In this document: piece after piece, positions 40,001 through 52,876 of the stretch
How the letters are laid out: the number at the start of each line of letters is the position of its first letter
Position numbering within the stretch: the first letter of the stretch is position 1
DNA from: Phallusia mammillata
Lineage: Eukaryota
Reading direction: 5' to 3'
NCBI GenBank assembly: GCA_965637545.1
Contig: OZ281497.1
Location: 19,840,001-19,904,000, forward strand
DNA length: 64,000 bases
Notes under the pieces: generated by a model
The model's input: only the letters and a program-made list of their open reading frames with translations
Told to the model about the DNA's origin: nothing
Database searches by the model: none
Made by a program: the position numbers and the translations under genes

Positions 40001-42769
40001 GCAGCTGCACCGTTACCGAATATTTCACTAATTTCTCACACACAAAAAATCGGTCTGGTTTGTTTCCATATTCAACAATACTAAGCAAAGCATTTTAAAA
40101 CTTCATTTAAACTCATGCCTTTTTTCAAACAGGTGATGTACCATGCACACACTTGCACTTACCATGATCGCGTTGCGGGTTTAGTTAAGCAAAAATTCGA
40201 TGAATTACTCTCTTTGCTGCCTGACACCATCGTGGGTCGAAAAATTATCGCTGGTTTTGTCATGTTAACCATCGCAACGCAAGAATGGGGTGAAGAACGA
40301 AAGTGGACTGTTATAAGTGTTTCATCAGGTTTGTGGTAACGTATCAAATATGTCATCTAAGGCAGGGCTTCTCAAACTGTGGGTCGCGACCCCAACTGGG
40401 GTCGCGGAATATAATTTTGGGGTCGCGAAACATTTTGCGTTATTATGTCAGTCACAATAAATGGTATACGTGCGTACATTTATTGTTTACTATACCAGGG
40501 ATGCACAACCATGCGGCCTTCATACAGAGACAAGTCAAACTGCTCTTAAAAGAGTCTTACCAAACCAAGTCGCCATATGTACCACACTTTTTATGTCTAT
40601 TGTGTGCAAACAATGCGAAAAAGCAGATACCACAAACGTCACAATATAGATTGTGACGTCATAAAAGCTAAGACTGTCAAGTTAGAAATTAATTTAGGCT
40701 TTTTATGCGCCATTAGATAGTATATGTATAATGTATATCATATATATAGTATAAGTATTTCTTTACGTCAGTAATTTTAAAACACAAGCAAGCAGGCAAT
40801 AAGCGGACGCTGGTGAAATAAAGATCTGTGATGCGGCGTCATAGTGAAAAGGTTGTGCACTCCTGGGCTATACCCATCAAGGGGTCGCGTAGATATTTTT
40901 GTTTTAAAATGGGGTCGCAGAGCAAGAAAGTTTGAGTAGCCCTGATCTAAGGCATCAACTTTTCATACATTTTTTCGCAAAAAGGGGATCTTGAGCACGT
41001 TTTAACTGTTACCACCCTTAAAGTCCGTGTCAAACAGGTTGAGCAATTGCTGCATTTTGGTTAACAATGAAATTTCAAATTCTTACATTTGCATGGCTTC
41101 TAAACACGTATGGGTAAATAGGGCCCCTTCTGGATATATTCCCCGTGAAACTTTCACATGGCTCTGGTAGTAAAGAAGTTATCTAAGCTGGTAAAATTTT
41201 CTTAGTAGGCACATGGATGATTTGTGTGTAGGTAACCGTTGCGTGGCAGGCGACAAACTGAGCTTGCGAGGCGATACTGTGAATGATTGTCATGCTGAGG
41301 TTATCGCCAGAAGAGGCTTGGTTCGTTTTTTGTACAGGTTGGTTCACCTTATCTTGTACGTGTCATAGTATGTGCATGGTATTTTTTTCTCCTTTTCAGT
41401 CAACTGCTTTATTTCATGTCTGGTCCCAAGAACGACGATTGTATCTTTATGCCAGGAAATAATAACAGGTAATATTGGGAGTAAAACGTTTCCCTGACAC
41501 ATTCCGTTTGCCTGTTAAAGCTTTAAGAGTTACTTAAACGCAGGTTGTGTTTGAAACCTGGGATTTCCTTCCATCTTTACATAAGCACAGCGCCATGTGG
41601 GGACAGTGCCCTGTTTGCAAAGAGTGACATGGACAATAGCGAGGGCGAAAGCGGGGACGGCGTCCATAAGCCATTGTTTGACAATAAAAAACAAGGCGTC
41701 CTGAGGACCAAAGTCGAAAACGGTATGTACCGCAAACGGTATTCATATTCTTTTTCGTTCAGGCCACCTGTTTTTGCCATGTGCTTTTGTATGGCAAAAC
41801 ATCTGATCATTTACAGCTCGACTTTAAAACATACGCGAAGGCCTGCACAAAACCATCACATAACCATATGAGAAAATACATTTTAAACGTAAACAATGAC
41901 TTCTAATACTGCCATCGTACTTTATTCATAGGCGAAGGTTGCATTCCCATTGACGAGGATGCGAATGTCCCGACTTGGGATGGATTGCTGCGTGGAGAAC
42001 GTTTACGGACCATGTCCTGTAGTGACAAACTTGCAAAGTGGAATTTCCTTGGACTTCAGGTACAATTCGCCCACGCACTGTTGGCCGTAAAAAAACCACT
42101 AACACTGTTTATATAATACTATCAGGGTGCTCTGCTAAGCCAATTTATGGAGCCTATCTACATGGCATCATTGACATTGGGAATGTTGTACCATCACGGC
42201 CACTTGACAAGGGCGATATGCTGTCGCCTGGAAAAGTACTTAATGGAACTACCCGAGTTTGATGCAACATCCTCAATTTTCCATGTCCAACATCCATCGG
42301 TATATTTTAAACTTAATGCCAAGTTGTTTTTCTGTCTGAACGACATTAGTTATTTCGAACAGGTCAGCAAGATCACTGGAGAGGATCCAGGAAGAGATAC
42401 TGGCAAGGTTAAAACCAGGGAATACAGTCTTAATTGGACAATTGGTGACCCTAAAGCAGAAGTTTTGGATGGAACAAAGGGAAGGTGTGAGCCGCGATAC
42501 GGCTGCACCAACCCTATTTCTCAAGTTTGCAAATCAAACTTGTACAAATGCTATCAAAATGTACATGGTTGTAACAAAAACTTTTTTCAATTGTATGACT
42601 GTTGCTATGGTTTCAGGTGAAACAAGACCAAGATTTTAAATCTTATGCTCTTGCCAAAGAGGCATCTCTTGAGTACCAACATGCCAAATCTACCATGAAA
42701 AAAGCATTTGAACAAGCTGGTTGTGGAAAATGGATGAATAAACCAGTTGAAGAAGATGACTTTGTTTGA
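37086..42769 (+). CDS. ADAR: ADAR1-like dsRNA adenosine deaminase (2 further Z-alpha-fold domains, 2 dsRBDs, deaminase domain)
   Basis: Exons 37086-37144, 37728-37814, 37952-38058, 38117-38229, 38295-38760... encode a degenerate wHTH and an intact Z-alpha (KKHINH|[21 protein letters not shown]). Two dsRBDs (KNAVS..NE.AQ...GP.HKRR|F...EG.SKKESKL.AA). Deaminase motifs [39 protein letters not shown]. Ends [12 protein letters not shown] at 42769. Confidence 0.95.
40363..40944. mobile_element. hAT MITE in an ADAR intron, containing a nested second MITE (40496-40865)
   Basis: TIRs CAGGGCTTCTCAAACT / AGTTTGAGTAGCCCTG; perfect 8-bp TSD ATCTAAGG (40355-40362, 40945-40952). Inner TIRs CAGGGATGCACAACC / GGTTGTGCACTCCTG with 6/8 TSD TACTATAC/GGCTATAC. 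Confidence 0.9.
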
Positions 42770-42895
42770 AATGCTTATTTTTTCTACTTTTTTACCATGA
42801 TTTGAAATTTTACATTTTATTGGTCATAGCAAACACGCTTTTATTACGATAAACCAAAACAAAATTTTGAGAAAATGTGGGGTCAAGTGTGATGC

Positions 42896-43347
42896 TTATT
42901 CCTTTGGAGGGGACTTTTCAAAAAGGATGGAATCTCTTTCAAATTCAATGCGGGCTAAAAACAAAAGGAATTAATGACTTTCTTGAATAGAAAAACCTTG
43001 AATAGCAATAAAAACCTTTTTCTGCCGCCTCATGCTTTTGTGCAAGATACTTTTCCTTGATGTCAAGTTCCACCTTTCTTTCCTTTTCTCTTTTTGCTTT
43101 TACAGTATCTGTAACGAAGTAGCAGTTAGCAATATTAACTAATATACTGCAAAAAACAGTGTCTATTATTTGTGGCTCTTACAGTGGTGTTTGCTACCAT
43201 ATATAATTCCCAGCCCAAGAAGACTCCATCGAGCAGTCTGCAGCAAAAGACATTGTTAAACAATTATTTAAAATCAACTTAATATCAAGCTTATTTTAAA
43301 ATCTCTAATACCTTTATCAGGGGTGATACTTGGACTGGTGTTGCCAT
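42896..43347 (-). CDS. ATP5ME: Mitochondrial ATP synthase subunit e; exons 43347-43312, 43237-43183, 43108-43016, 42954-42896
   Basis: MATPVQVSPLIK|TARWSLLGLGIIYGSKHH|YTVKAKREKERKVELDIKEKYLAQKHEAAEK|ARIEFERDSILFEKSPPKE*; PVQVSPLIK is the subunit e hallmark; phases consistent. Missed by the ORF track. Confidence 0.93.
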
Positions 43348-43920
43348 TTCTGATTAATTTGAAATAAAGAACTAAAATCTGAAACAAACAAGAAACAAAA
43401 CATTTTGTTAAAGTGACTTTCTTTACATGCCTCCCCTCAAGTTAAAAAACACCCTTGGTTAATTGTACTGAGACATGTTCTCAAAAACTAATATCACTTG
43501 ATATGTTTTTGAGAAGCTATCTGAATAAATTTGTGATTTGTTCCACTTGGATTGTGGTTTAGTAATCACCAAGAATAATTAAAAAGGCAAAATACTAGCA
43601 AATAAATATATAAAAAAAACATTTTTTTCTTTTTCTAAATTTTATTTGTTGTGCACATTTCAGTGCATTGGTGCTGGACCAGCATATGAAACATGCTACT
43701 TTTATGAAGCTGGTTGACTGCTGTGTCACTAAAAATTGCTCCCAACCAGGGCAGTATGCTAAAAGAAAGCGGCAATGTATGGTAAAAACTAGTGATGCAC
43801 CAAACCTGCCTAAAAAGACCGAACCTAAAATCCTGTTCTTATGAATGTTTTTGACTGAACCCTGTGTTGTTGATGCAAGTACACTTAATGCACCTTTCGG
43901 TGCAACTTTATTTTGCTTGG

Positions 43921-44080
43921 GATAAAGGTGTGCCAAGTGGCATAAAGAAGCACCAAGCGATGTAAGAGTGCACCAAGTGATATAAATGTGCACAAAACCA
44001 TATTAAGGTGCACCAAGAGATATAAATATGCATCTAGTGATATAAAGGTGTGCCAAATGTTATAACTGTGTGACAAGTGG
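43921..44080. repeat. Degenerate minisatellite, 8 x 20 bp
   Basis: Units resembling TATAAAGGTGCACCAAGTGA in exact 20-bp register. Confidence 0.85.
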
Positions 44081-44662
44081 CGTTAATAATGCAGCAGCGG
44101 TTTAAGCGATCCTGTATATTCACACACTTTTAAAACATATTCTTTAACAATAATACCCTTTGCCCTAAACACAATTTTAACCTTCAGCACATTTGATTTT
44201 GATAAGACTGAAACAAAAGCCAATCTAGTCTATTCCAGAACTGTGTATTTTGTCCATACAAAAACGTCTACGGTCAAAACCTAAAAGGTTTTGTCATTAG
44301 GTTTTTCACCATGCATCGTGTCAAAAGTCATAAACTTGACTTTAAATTCAAATAGACAGCTAAGTGTTATTGGCACAAAAAGTATAAATTAACTTCACCA
44401 ACAAATAACAAATACCATACGGTCCATCCGCTAATGTTATAAATTGCACTTCATGCAAGCAAACTTAAAACTTAAAAAAACACTTTTTTAACCTTCAGCA
44501 TTAGAACATAGAAATCACGGTTTTCGTATCGAGTCCGTTTTCTTTTCTTGCCAGTATCCGATCAACTTTTTTTCGATTTTTTTTTATCTGGCAAAATTAG
44601 TTCTTTGCAGTACACTCGGGTTTCATATTCACAAATAGTTACAAAATTGAAAAAATTAACAT

Positions 44663-45523
44663 AATAACGATAGCCCAAAAGCATGACGAAATTTTTAATG
44701 ACATTGTAGCGACCTCTCTCACTACCGTTATCGTGTGCTTTCATACTACAACGAACCGGACAGATTGCCTTCTTCTCTGACTCTCGTCTTATGCGGCGTA
44801 TTCGCTCATTGTGTTATTCTATTACGATGTACCTCGAACAAACACCTCGCTACATTTGGTGACCCCAAGCGTACAAAAACGTTATTTTTGTATTATGACA
44901 GAAGCCACAAACTCAATTTTAGATGATTATGCATCAAATCAAGCAATTTGTATTGAATGGTTTTAACGTTAATCATTGCATTAAATGCAAACTTGTGCCT
45001 CGTTCCGCCTTCTGCATTTGTCAAGCAGTAGCCTATGTTTGTTGAACCGCATGCTATTTGTTTCACAGTGGGCAGGGGCTCGTTTCACTGATTTTGGTAA
45101 TTCAACCTTTCGCGGCAAACTTCTCCTATATCTTGCTTTCAAGTTGGTGTTAGGTCACGTTTTGTTTTGCCAAACGGTATAGGGCATTTGGTTTCACAGT
45201 TTTCTTCTCCGATACGGTGCTTATTCGACCTAGGCTCTGTCCAGTAAAAGTTATAAGAAAACATACCAGTATATCGTGTTAGTGTCACAGATTTATCTAA
45301 GAGCTTGCCGGATCAATCAAGCTTAGTGGTAAACTTCATGCATTGTGGCTCAAAACAGACGTAGCTGTGTTGCTGAAAAACACTCCTCTGGACGCCAAAT
45401 GAACCATGTCAAGTCGATAACTGATGTTTGTCAACGTATGGGTAACAAACCCAAGACCGAGTCAGACGTTTAAGAAAAGGCCGATGTGATAAAATAACCG
45501 CAGCAGGTTATCTTGCAAATAGT
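44663..45523 (-). mobile_element. Second partial copy of the 27.5-29.6 kb transposon relic (5' part)
   Basis: Aligns to 28929-29579 from ATAACGATAGCCC to GCAAATAGT; carries about 215 extra bp (about 44705-44920) absent from the first copy. Confidence 0.85.
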
Positions 45524-46924
45524 GAGGTGAGTTATATAACGTAATTTGCAAGCCTTATTTTTCGGACACTGTTGGATGGGATTGCACTAGAAAAGTTGAA
45601 TTTCTACCCATTGGTGAGGTTAAGGTAGGGTAAGCGAGATTTTTTAGGTTTATATTTCATTAAAAGTTAGTTGTAGTTAAGTTTTGATAAACAACTGCTA
45701 AGTGACATAACAATGTGAAAATCCGACCTTTTTGAAGTTCAACCCTGTTTACCGTGACGTGTTGTTTTGTCGTGAATCAGATTTCCACATTTCTTGTGGT
45801 CTTAGGGAGTCACTTGTTGTGCTGTTCTGTTTTAAATCCAAATGGAACAAACCATTTTACGCGCTGAGATTCAAAGAGAGGTAAATCTTTATTTCTAAAC
45901 TATATCAAAAAATAAAACCCCACAGAATGTGGCATCAATTAAACTACCTTTGTTATGGACAGCTCGTCCACGAATTTGGTAACATCAGGCCGACGAAAAC
46001 CATTGCTAAAATTGATTAACATGCACTCTTCACAGACCATGTAATAAGCAAAAACCTTGGGTAGGTGTCTCGTGGTTTCCGTCTTGTATTGTTTGCTGCG
46101 TATGAGATGCTGTAAAAGAAAGTAAAAGTCGAACCACATGCCATATGGGTTCAGGTTCGGTTCGTTTTCCTTTTTGATGGTTCTTAAAGTTTTAGGTTGG
46201 CTTTAAGTTTCTAAAGAAAATATTTTCGAGAGCTTTTCTGGTTTTTATCGGGCACTGTAGCTGTTCCTGTTATCTTACATATTCGTCTAAACGCTGTTCT
46301 GAAATCAACAACAACTTAAAACAGAATGCATCTTTTGATCCGGTTCCGGTTAATCGCCAAACAAACTATCAAGTTTAAACAGTTTGACTTTTTAGGAAAA
46401 TGTAATTTACATTTTTGCTTCGGTTTAGGATAAAATTAACCACTTTCCCGGTTCGGGTTCAGTTTTGGTTCGACTCCTTGCTTTATCTAGTTTTGGAAAC
46501 CTTTGGATTTGATGCAAGCTTCGTAGTTCGAACCAAGTTGTTGTTAAGCCGCAGGTTTGTTTTGCTAATCGAGATTCGAGTTAAATGCAGTGCAAAGTGG
46601 TAAACCTAATACACTCTGGGGTCAAACAGTGTTTTTGGTATACAATCTTTGCTTGCGGTTTGCAAGATGGAAAAAGTAAATGAAATTGGCAAGTCGATAA
46701 TTGATAATTGTCAGCACATGGGTGAAAACAGTAGACCAGACCAGGGGTTGAAGGAAGAGTCAACATACAAAACAGCACCTAGCTGAATAACATCGCAATA
46801 ACTTGAGCTGTTAAGTCGGTGCAGAATTTTTGCGATTGCCAGGGGATATAGTTGCATTGAAAAATATTTCTTCCTGTTACATCGATAAAGGTTATTTGGA
46901 CGCTTGTGTTTTAAATACGGTTGA

Positions 46925-47290
46925 TGTGATGAGATGAGTTTATTTCGATTGGTGATTATAGCGACACAATAGCACTAAAACAATCACCAAGCCGGAAATA
47001 GCTGCGCAACGGTAAAACGTCATAGAGCGCAAAACAGTGAAAGGTACAATTGGTGGATAATGGTTAAACGCGCTGCCGCTACACCATGTTAAAAGGCGCT
47101 GTGTGACTAGGCTCACAAGAACGTGAGGTTGGCGCATTGTGGGTAAACTTTTGTGTTTAGAATGTAAGAAATCCTATAGACGAAGTTAGAAAAAACAAAA
47201 CAGTCTCAGCAAGAAAAATACTAGTCAATGTTTGTGTATAAAACATCACAACGTTTCGACGTTTGCTACTCTCATCGTCAGGCGAATTAA
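46925..47290 (-). mobile_element. Retroelement remnant with (CTCAT)n tail, copy 2; upstream hammerhead-core-like motif
   Basis: 46925-47148 is homologous to 7826-8038; the minus strand at about 47245-47283 reads CTGACGA-T-GAG...GTC-GAAAC. Confidence 0.6.
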
Positions 47291-47917
47291 GGGAATTCAC
47301 AGCACTTTTTCGTTCAATGTTTAGCGTTCTTGGCAAAACAACCGCGTATGTCCCAAATTGCATCCGTTTTTTTTACTATCGCCTGGTTGCTTCTATCTGG
47401 GTTGTGTCTCCTTTTTTATGTTGTGACAATAGCAGCAGAAAATGTCGGTTTGATGTTTTTATTTTTTATGTTGATAATGTTTAGAATCCGTGCATTATCT
47501 ACCTGAGTTGCAATAGGTTTTGATACAGCGACTTTGTCGACTTAGAAAATGATTTTTTATGTTGGTTTATTTTGGAAACAAACGGTAAAATGAAAGATTA
47601 CATAAGCTTAGCAAGCTCTACCTGAAGCCTCAACAGGGCTTAAACTTAGTCGCCGTAATTCTTGTGGTGACCAACCCGAAATGATTCAAATCTCAAACAA
47701 AATAATCCTGTTTTTCATTGAAAAATGCTAATAATTCATTTTGAGTTGACCAAAGGTAAGACGGCTTATATTGTCAAATTCTGACCTTGCTTGAACCTTG
47801 AAACGCTACCAACCGAATCTGTGACGCGTTTTTTTAACGTGCATCATCGGGCCTACTTTGTTTTGAACAGAACCACATAAGGCTGCTGGTCGTTGGTAAC
47901 TGTGCAATTATTTCAAA

Positions 47918-50451
47918 ATGGGAAGCAACTCCAACAAAGGAATATTGCAACTGTATAGAGAATCGTCCAGAAGAGACATTTTGCTGAATGTTGTCCAACC
48001 CCTTTTGGCTGAGTTCTGTGCCATGATTTTGCACACATTCTGGGGATCTATGGTCGTTGCTACAACAAGGACAATCGAATATCCTGCCTTAAATCGGTAA
48101 ATGTATTTAAAAAGACTTTGTTGTTGTGTTTTTAGTCGGTTTTAGTACTTGTTTTTAGTTTTTTGGGGTCATTTTTAAGCTAAAATGGTTTAATCTTTTC
48201 AAAAATGTGGGTTATCAGTAACAAGTAAGAAAGCAAACGATCTTTGTCTGCATTAAAAAAACAACATAATATACTGACTATGCATTAACCAGAAAACATT
48301 ATCTTCAACGCAATTTGCTTCAAGCAATTACTTTTTCAGGACCGTTGTAGCGGAGGAGTGGAGAGCGGACTACTTGGTGTCGACATTTATGCCCGCATTT
48401 CAGGCCGGGTTCGCTGTTTGGATGTTTGTCGTCCTTTTTTGGAAAGTCTGGTGGGTGCAGCTTTGAAATTTAAGTTGACGTTGGCTTCGTGATCGCATGC
48501 AAGCAAGCGGCAAATGCCAATGAGGCGAGAAGCTGTTGTTTTTGCGCCGTTTTTGTAATTGATCTTTCCCAGTTTCTTAACCTAGCACCCGTAATGCGTT
48601 CCATCATTCTCAAAAATTTTTGTACGCTGTGCATGGCTGAATTTTCAATTCAACCAGCATGATAACACACTGAAAACTTTGTTAAGTCTGAAAGCCATCC
48701 ACCGTTTACAAATTTCAAAAACATCAATTTTTTTCAGTCTGTCAGTATACGCTACTGTTGTGTCCATTCTCATGCCGAGTCTCTTTTGACTCGTGATCAT
48801 AGCATATAATATACTGCAGAAAATAAAATAACTTGCATTGCATACTTGAGCTGATGTCACATACCAAAACTGGACGGTGCTAACGGCAATCAATTGTTGT
48901 TTTGGCAACACAAAGACAATAACAACTTATGATTCATTGGTTATCATCGCAGTATAATCAACTTCAATCCGGCAATTTCCGTTGGGTTTCTTGTGACAGG
49001 CGTTTTGTCGCCGTGGATGTTTGTGCCATACGTTGTGATGCAGTGTTTAGGATCAACTCTCGGCGCGGTGATAGCACAGGTATGAACCACAAAACCTTAA
49101 TATTTTTGACAAGTTTTGTTTTGTTACGGGTTACGAACCCAAAACACTTACAAATAGAAAGAGCAACGAGGATTTTTGCTCCACAATTTAGGGCATTTCA
49201 CGTGTTAATCCACCTTTCACTTATATAGGCCTATAATTTGCAATGAAAGCTTTACTTCCGAAGATTCTACTTTAACTAAAGGAAAGTTGATAAGTCCTAA
49301 TTTAATGTAAAAGTAATAAAATTTAGCGATCCTTGAATATGGGGAGCAACAAAAGAAACCTATCAAAGTGATAGAGATAAACCTACAAATAACCACATGT
49401 TCTCCTGAAACCAGTATCTTGTAACTCATCTTATAATTTCGCTCCTGCTATATTTCCAAAGGCGGTGAAAGGCGACGACCCCGGCCCGTTTCTGATTGCT
49501 GATGACGCCAACATTGCTGCAATACTCTGTTGCGAAATCATGACCACCGGAGCGATGGTGTTTTTTGCCAACATGATGGTGGTGGATAAAACATACGACC
49601 AAGCCACTGGACCATTAGCGATCGGCATCACAGTTTTTCAAGGCATCATTGCCGGGTAAAATGCATAAAGCACGCTTGCTGTTTTGAAATGACACTTGTT
49701 TAAACGCAGGAAGTGGATTGGCGCTGGATGCCTAAACCCTTCACGAGCTTTCGGGCCTGCGCTGGTGCTTGGAGGCACAGTTTGGCATTACCACTGGGTG
49801 TGGTGGGTAGGAGATTGCCTCGGGGCTTTACTGTTTTCTTTCGTCTACATGTAAGTCCCATTTCGTTATTTTTTGTTGAAGGTTTAGAAAGCAGCGATTT
49901 AAATCGGTAAATAAAAATAAAAACTATGATCATATTTTCGCATGCGATCCATGTGCGATGTTGTCAATATGATACTGGTATAAATCAATATGATGACATA
50001 TTAAATTATTGCATTACCACTGGGTGTGGTGGGTAGGAGATTGCCTCGGGGCTTTACTGTTTTCTTTCGTCTACATGTAAGTCCCATTTCGTTATTTTTT
50101 GTTGAAGGTTTAGAAAGCAGCGATTTAAATCGGTAAATAAAAATAAAAACTATGATCATATTTTCGCATGCGATCCATGTGCGATGTTGTCAATGTGATA
50201 CTGGTATAAATCAATATGACATATTAAATTATTGCAACTTAACATAAAGCGGCGGTGCAACAATCTTGTGTTGAAAATGCTCGTGCTCCTTTGACTTGTG
50301 GACATTTTTGTTTTTATTTAGGTCGTTTTTTGCACCCGCTGATCGAGTCTGGATGGTGAAACTTTCAGACATGTTTGAAAAGCATAATGCCCTGAGACCA
50401 ACATCAACGAACAGAAAGGATGATGAGATTCAGCGCGAAGAGCAGTTGTAA
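47918..50451 (+). CDS. Aquaporin, AQP8-like; exons 47918-48096, 48340-48450, 48953-49079, 49462-49655, 49710-49850, 50322-50451
   Basis: VVQPLLAEFCAMILH (TM1), loop B CIINFNPAIS, ILCCEIMTT, GPLAIG, loop E GCLNPSRAFGPA, HWVWWVG; all junctions in frame. Confidence 0.92.
49785..50236 (+). repeat. Near-perfect 226-bp tandem duplication spanning the aquaporin exon 5 3' half and donor
   Basis: 49785-50010 vs 50011-50233 differ by one substitution and a 3-bp indel, as far as compared by eye. Confidence 0.92.
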
Positions 50452-51202
50452 TTTGGAATTATAAAACATCCATTAATAGGCTGTAAAAGAGCATAGTTTT
50501 GCTGCATTTTGTTTAACACCCGGCTTGTAAGTGTCAGAAATAGTCAGAAAATAAACTTAGACGTTAACATCAAAAGCAAAATGATAGTGGAACATCATTG
50601 CGCGTATTCAACTTACGCTAATAATAGGTTTAGCGCAATGCAGAAGCGCTTACTAACAAAATAATTTAATTGATGAGTCATTCTCGCTTCGTGTGAGTAT
50701 AAGCGTACGTCAATAACGCGCTTCAAATGTGCGAAGTTCAAAACAGGCGTCGGTATAGGTGTATACTTAAAGCGCAACATAACTTATTTTTGTACTGAAT
50801 CAAGTGGAAGTTTTACTTATTGTAGTGTGTGAGGCGATTATGCACTTTCGCTCTATACATATACATTTAACGTGCCAAAAACATCAAATATACTCTTTTT
50901 GCCGTGCGCATGTGTTCTTGTGTTGTTCCCTGATGTGTTTCGTATCGTGCTTTGCGCTTAAGCAGTATTTCCCCTTGGTCATATTGGACATTGATTTGTT
51001 TGATGAAAAACAGTGACCTTTAAGTTGGGTTTATGTCTCACGCACTAGTTTGTATTGTCATTTGGAGCTAACTTGTTTTTTTAACAAAGCTTTAACCGCT
51101 GTTATGTGCATTTTGTTTACTGGCCAGAGAAACATGGGCGTCACAGGTGTACTGGATCACTATGACCCGCATCACAGTTATAGTACACATGTAGTCTAAA
51201 CC

Positions 51203-51345
51203 AGAGTTGTAAGCGGGTCCAAACCCTAATTTTTACCTAAAAGTTAGCATTACCAACGTCAAATTACGAAATAAGTATAGCCGAGTGTTAAGCAAGGCCC
51301 GAATCCAAACCGTTTATTTCAAACGTCTGGCCCGACTTCCAAAGG
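51203..51345. mobile_element. Degenerate MITE (GTTGTAAG.CGGG.CC family; related fragment at about 59360-59415)
   Basis: AGAGTTGTAAGCGGGTCC at the left, GGCCCGACTTCCAA at the right; GGGTCCGACTTACAAC near 59400. Confidence 0.4.
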
Positions 51346-52665
51346 TGATTGCCGACTTACTGCACTAAAGAAAGCTTGTTCGTGAGCTTGTAACCCACTG
51401 TCCTTTATTTTTTGCAAGCTTGTTTTCTGGGAAATGTCGCTCATATTTAACACGAAGTCTTTGGAGTTAAAGATTGACCGAGGTGGTACCTCCGAGGTGG
51501 TAGGTTCGGTGCTCAGTAAAGGCATTTGAGGTGGTGATCGGTGCACCACAAAAATCATTGCTTTATAGAAAACGCAAAGGCCAGAAATAATTTCACATAC
51601 GGTTCGCTATTTTGTTATACTTCCAAAGCATTGGTAGGTTAACAAAGATGGAACATGCACGTCACAATCAACAAAACATGACTATGACCTTTTTTGAGTT
51701 AAAGTTCGTCATTCGGGCACCGCGTACCTTATAAAAACCAATTGCATTAGAATCGTGAGTTTTTTATAATTTTTCCTGATATACCATAACACACAATCAG
51801 CTTTTTCTGCAACGAGATCATTTCATACTTCACATTTTTTTAATCAAAGTCCTGTAAAGAGAGGAAAAGGGAAGAGGTCTAATACACCCGTCAAGGTATT
51901 GCTGTATACCCTCGGAATTTGTGGATTTGGTCACGGCCATGCAAAGAAAGCTGACGAGCCTAAACGCAACGATGCGTATAGTGACTTTTGTTGGTTGTAA
52001 ACCGTCGAGTTAAACAATCATTAACGAAATGCTGAATAGCTAAACCTGAAATCAGCCATTTACCTTTATAGAAGCTAAACGCGTGGAACTGAATAGTTTT
52101 GCCAGTACCAATGAAAAATATTGAAAAATAGGTTTGAGAGTTGTCCATAATAATTGGTTCAGCCAATGGGTGCAAAATATGAATCAGGATAGATGTTTAT
52201 TAAATTTATTTGTACTGGAAGCCACTGATAGAACTGTTTAGGCAGATACTCGGCTTCATTAACTGGTCAGAATAGACTTAACAGATATAGGATTTTCATG
52301 CCGAATGACACATGGTTGACCAGTTAGTAGATTGTTTGTTTAAGCCAAGTGTACTGGCGGCTAGTAATGAAATAGGATCCTTTCAATTTCAAATGACTGT
52401 TTTTTTTACTAATTAAAAAAAATATAGCACTTAGACATGGTGTAGTTGAACGTTAAAAAAGGACGCCACAAGTTTTCCAAAATGCCTGGAGCGTCCCTTC
52501 CATCCTTTTTCATAATGGAGGGAATTTTTTCGATTTTGATGGAACAGGTACTGCTGCTGATATTTTTCGTGAAACTTTGGTCCTTGCAAGTGACATTTCG
52601 CTTGATAGCATCATCGTGCACAAACAAAGCTGATGCAACAAATGTCACAAACATGTTTAACATTA

Positions 52666-52717
52666 AGCTGCAGACAGTGCACACTGTTTCGACCTATAAG
52701 GTCTCATCAGTGCAGCT
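52666..52717 (-). ncRNA. Type I hammerhead ribozyme (minus strand), identical copy
   Basis: Exact reverse complement of 52877-52928; predicted cleavage after the C opposite position 52673. Confidence 0.93.
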
Positions 52718-52876
52718 GGTGACGAGAGATCGGCCGCATTGGCTACTTTTGGCTATTCAACGGCACTCCAGTTTGTTGGGAGCACAGGGTACAACCCAAT
52801 GCATCACCTAGTCTGTGCGATGCCACAACTGGACATACAGCACTACACTAGCCAATGCGGCCGATCTCTCGTCACC

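Noticed and set aside
43921-44080. Regular 20-bp repeats as a CRISPR array, and the ORFs 43595-43993 / 43885-44076 across them
   Set aside because: Contiguous degenerate units without spacers in eukaryotic DNA; the ORFs result from the repeat.
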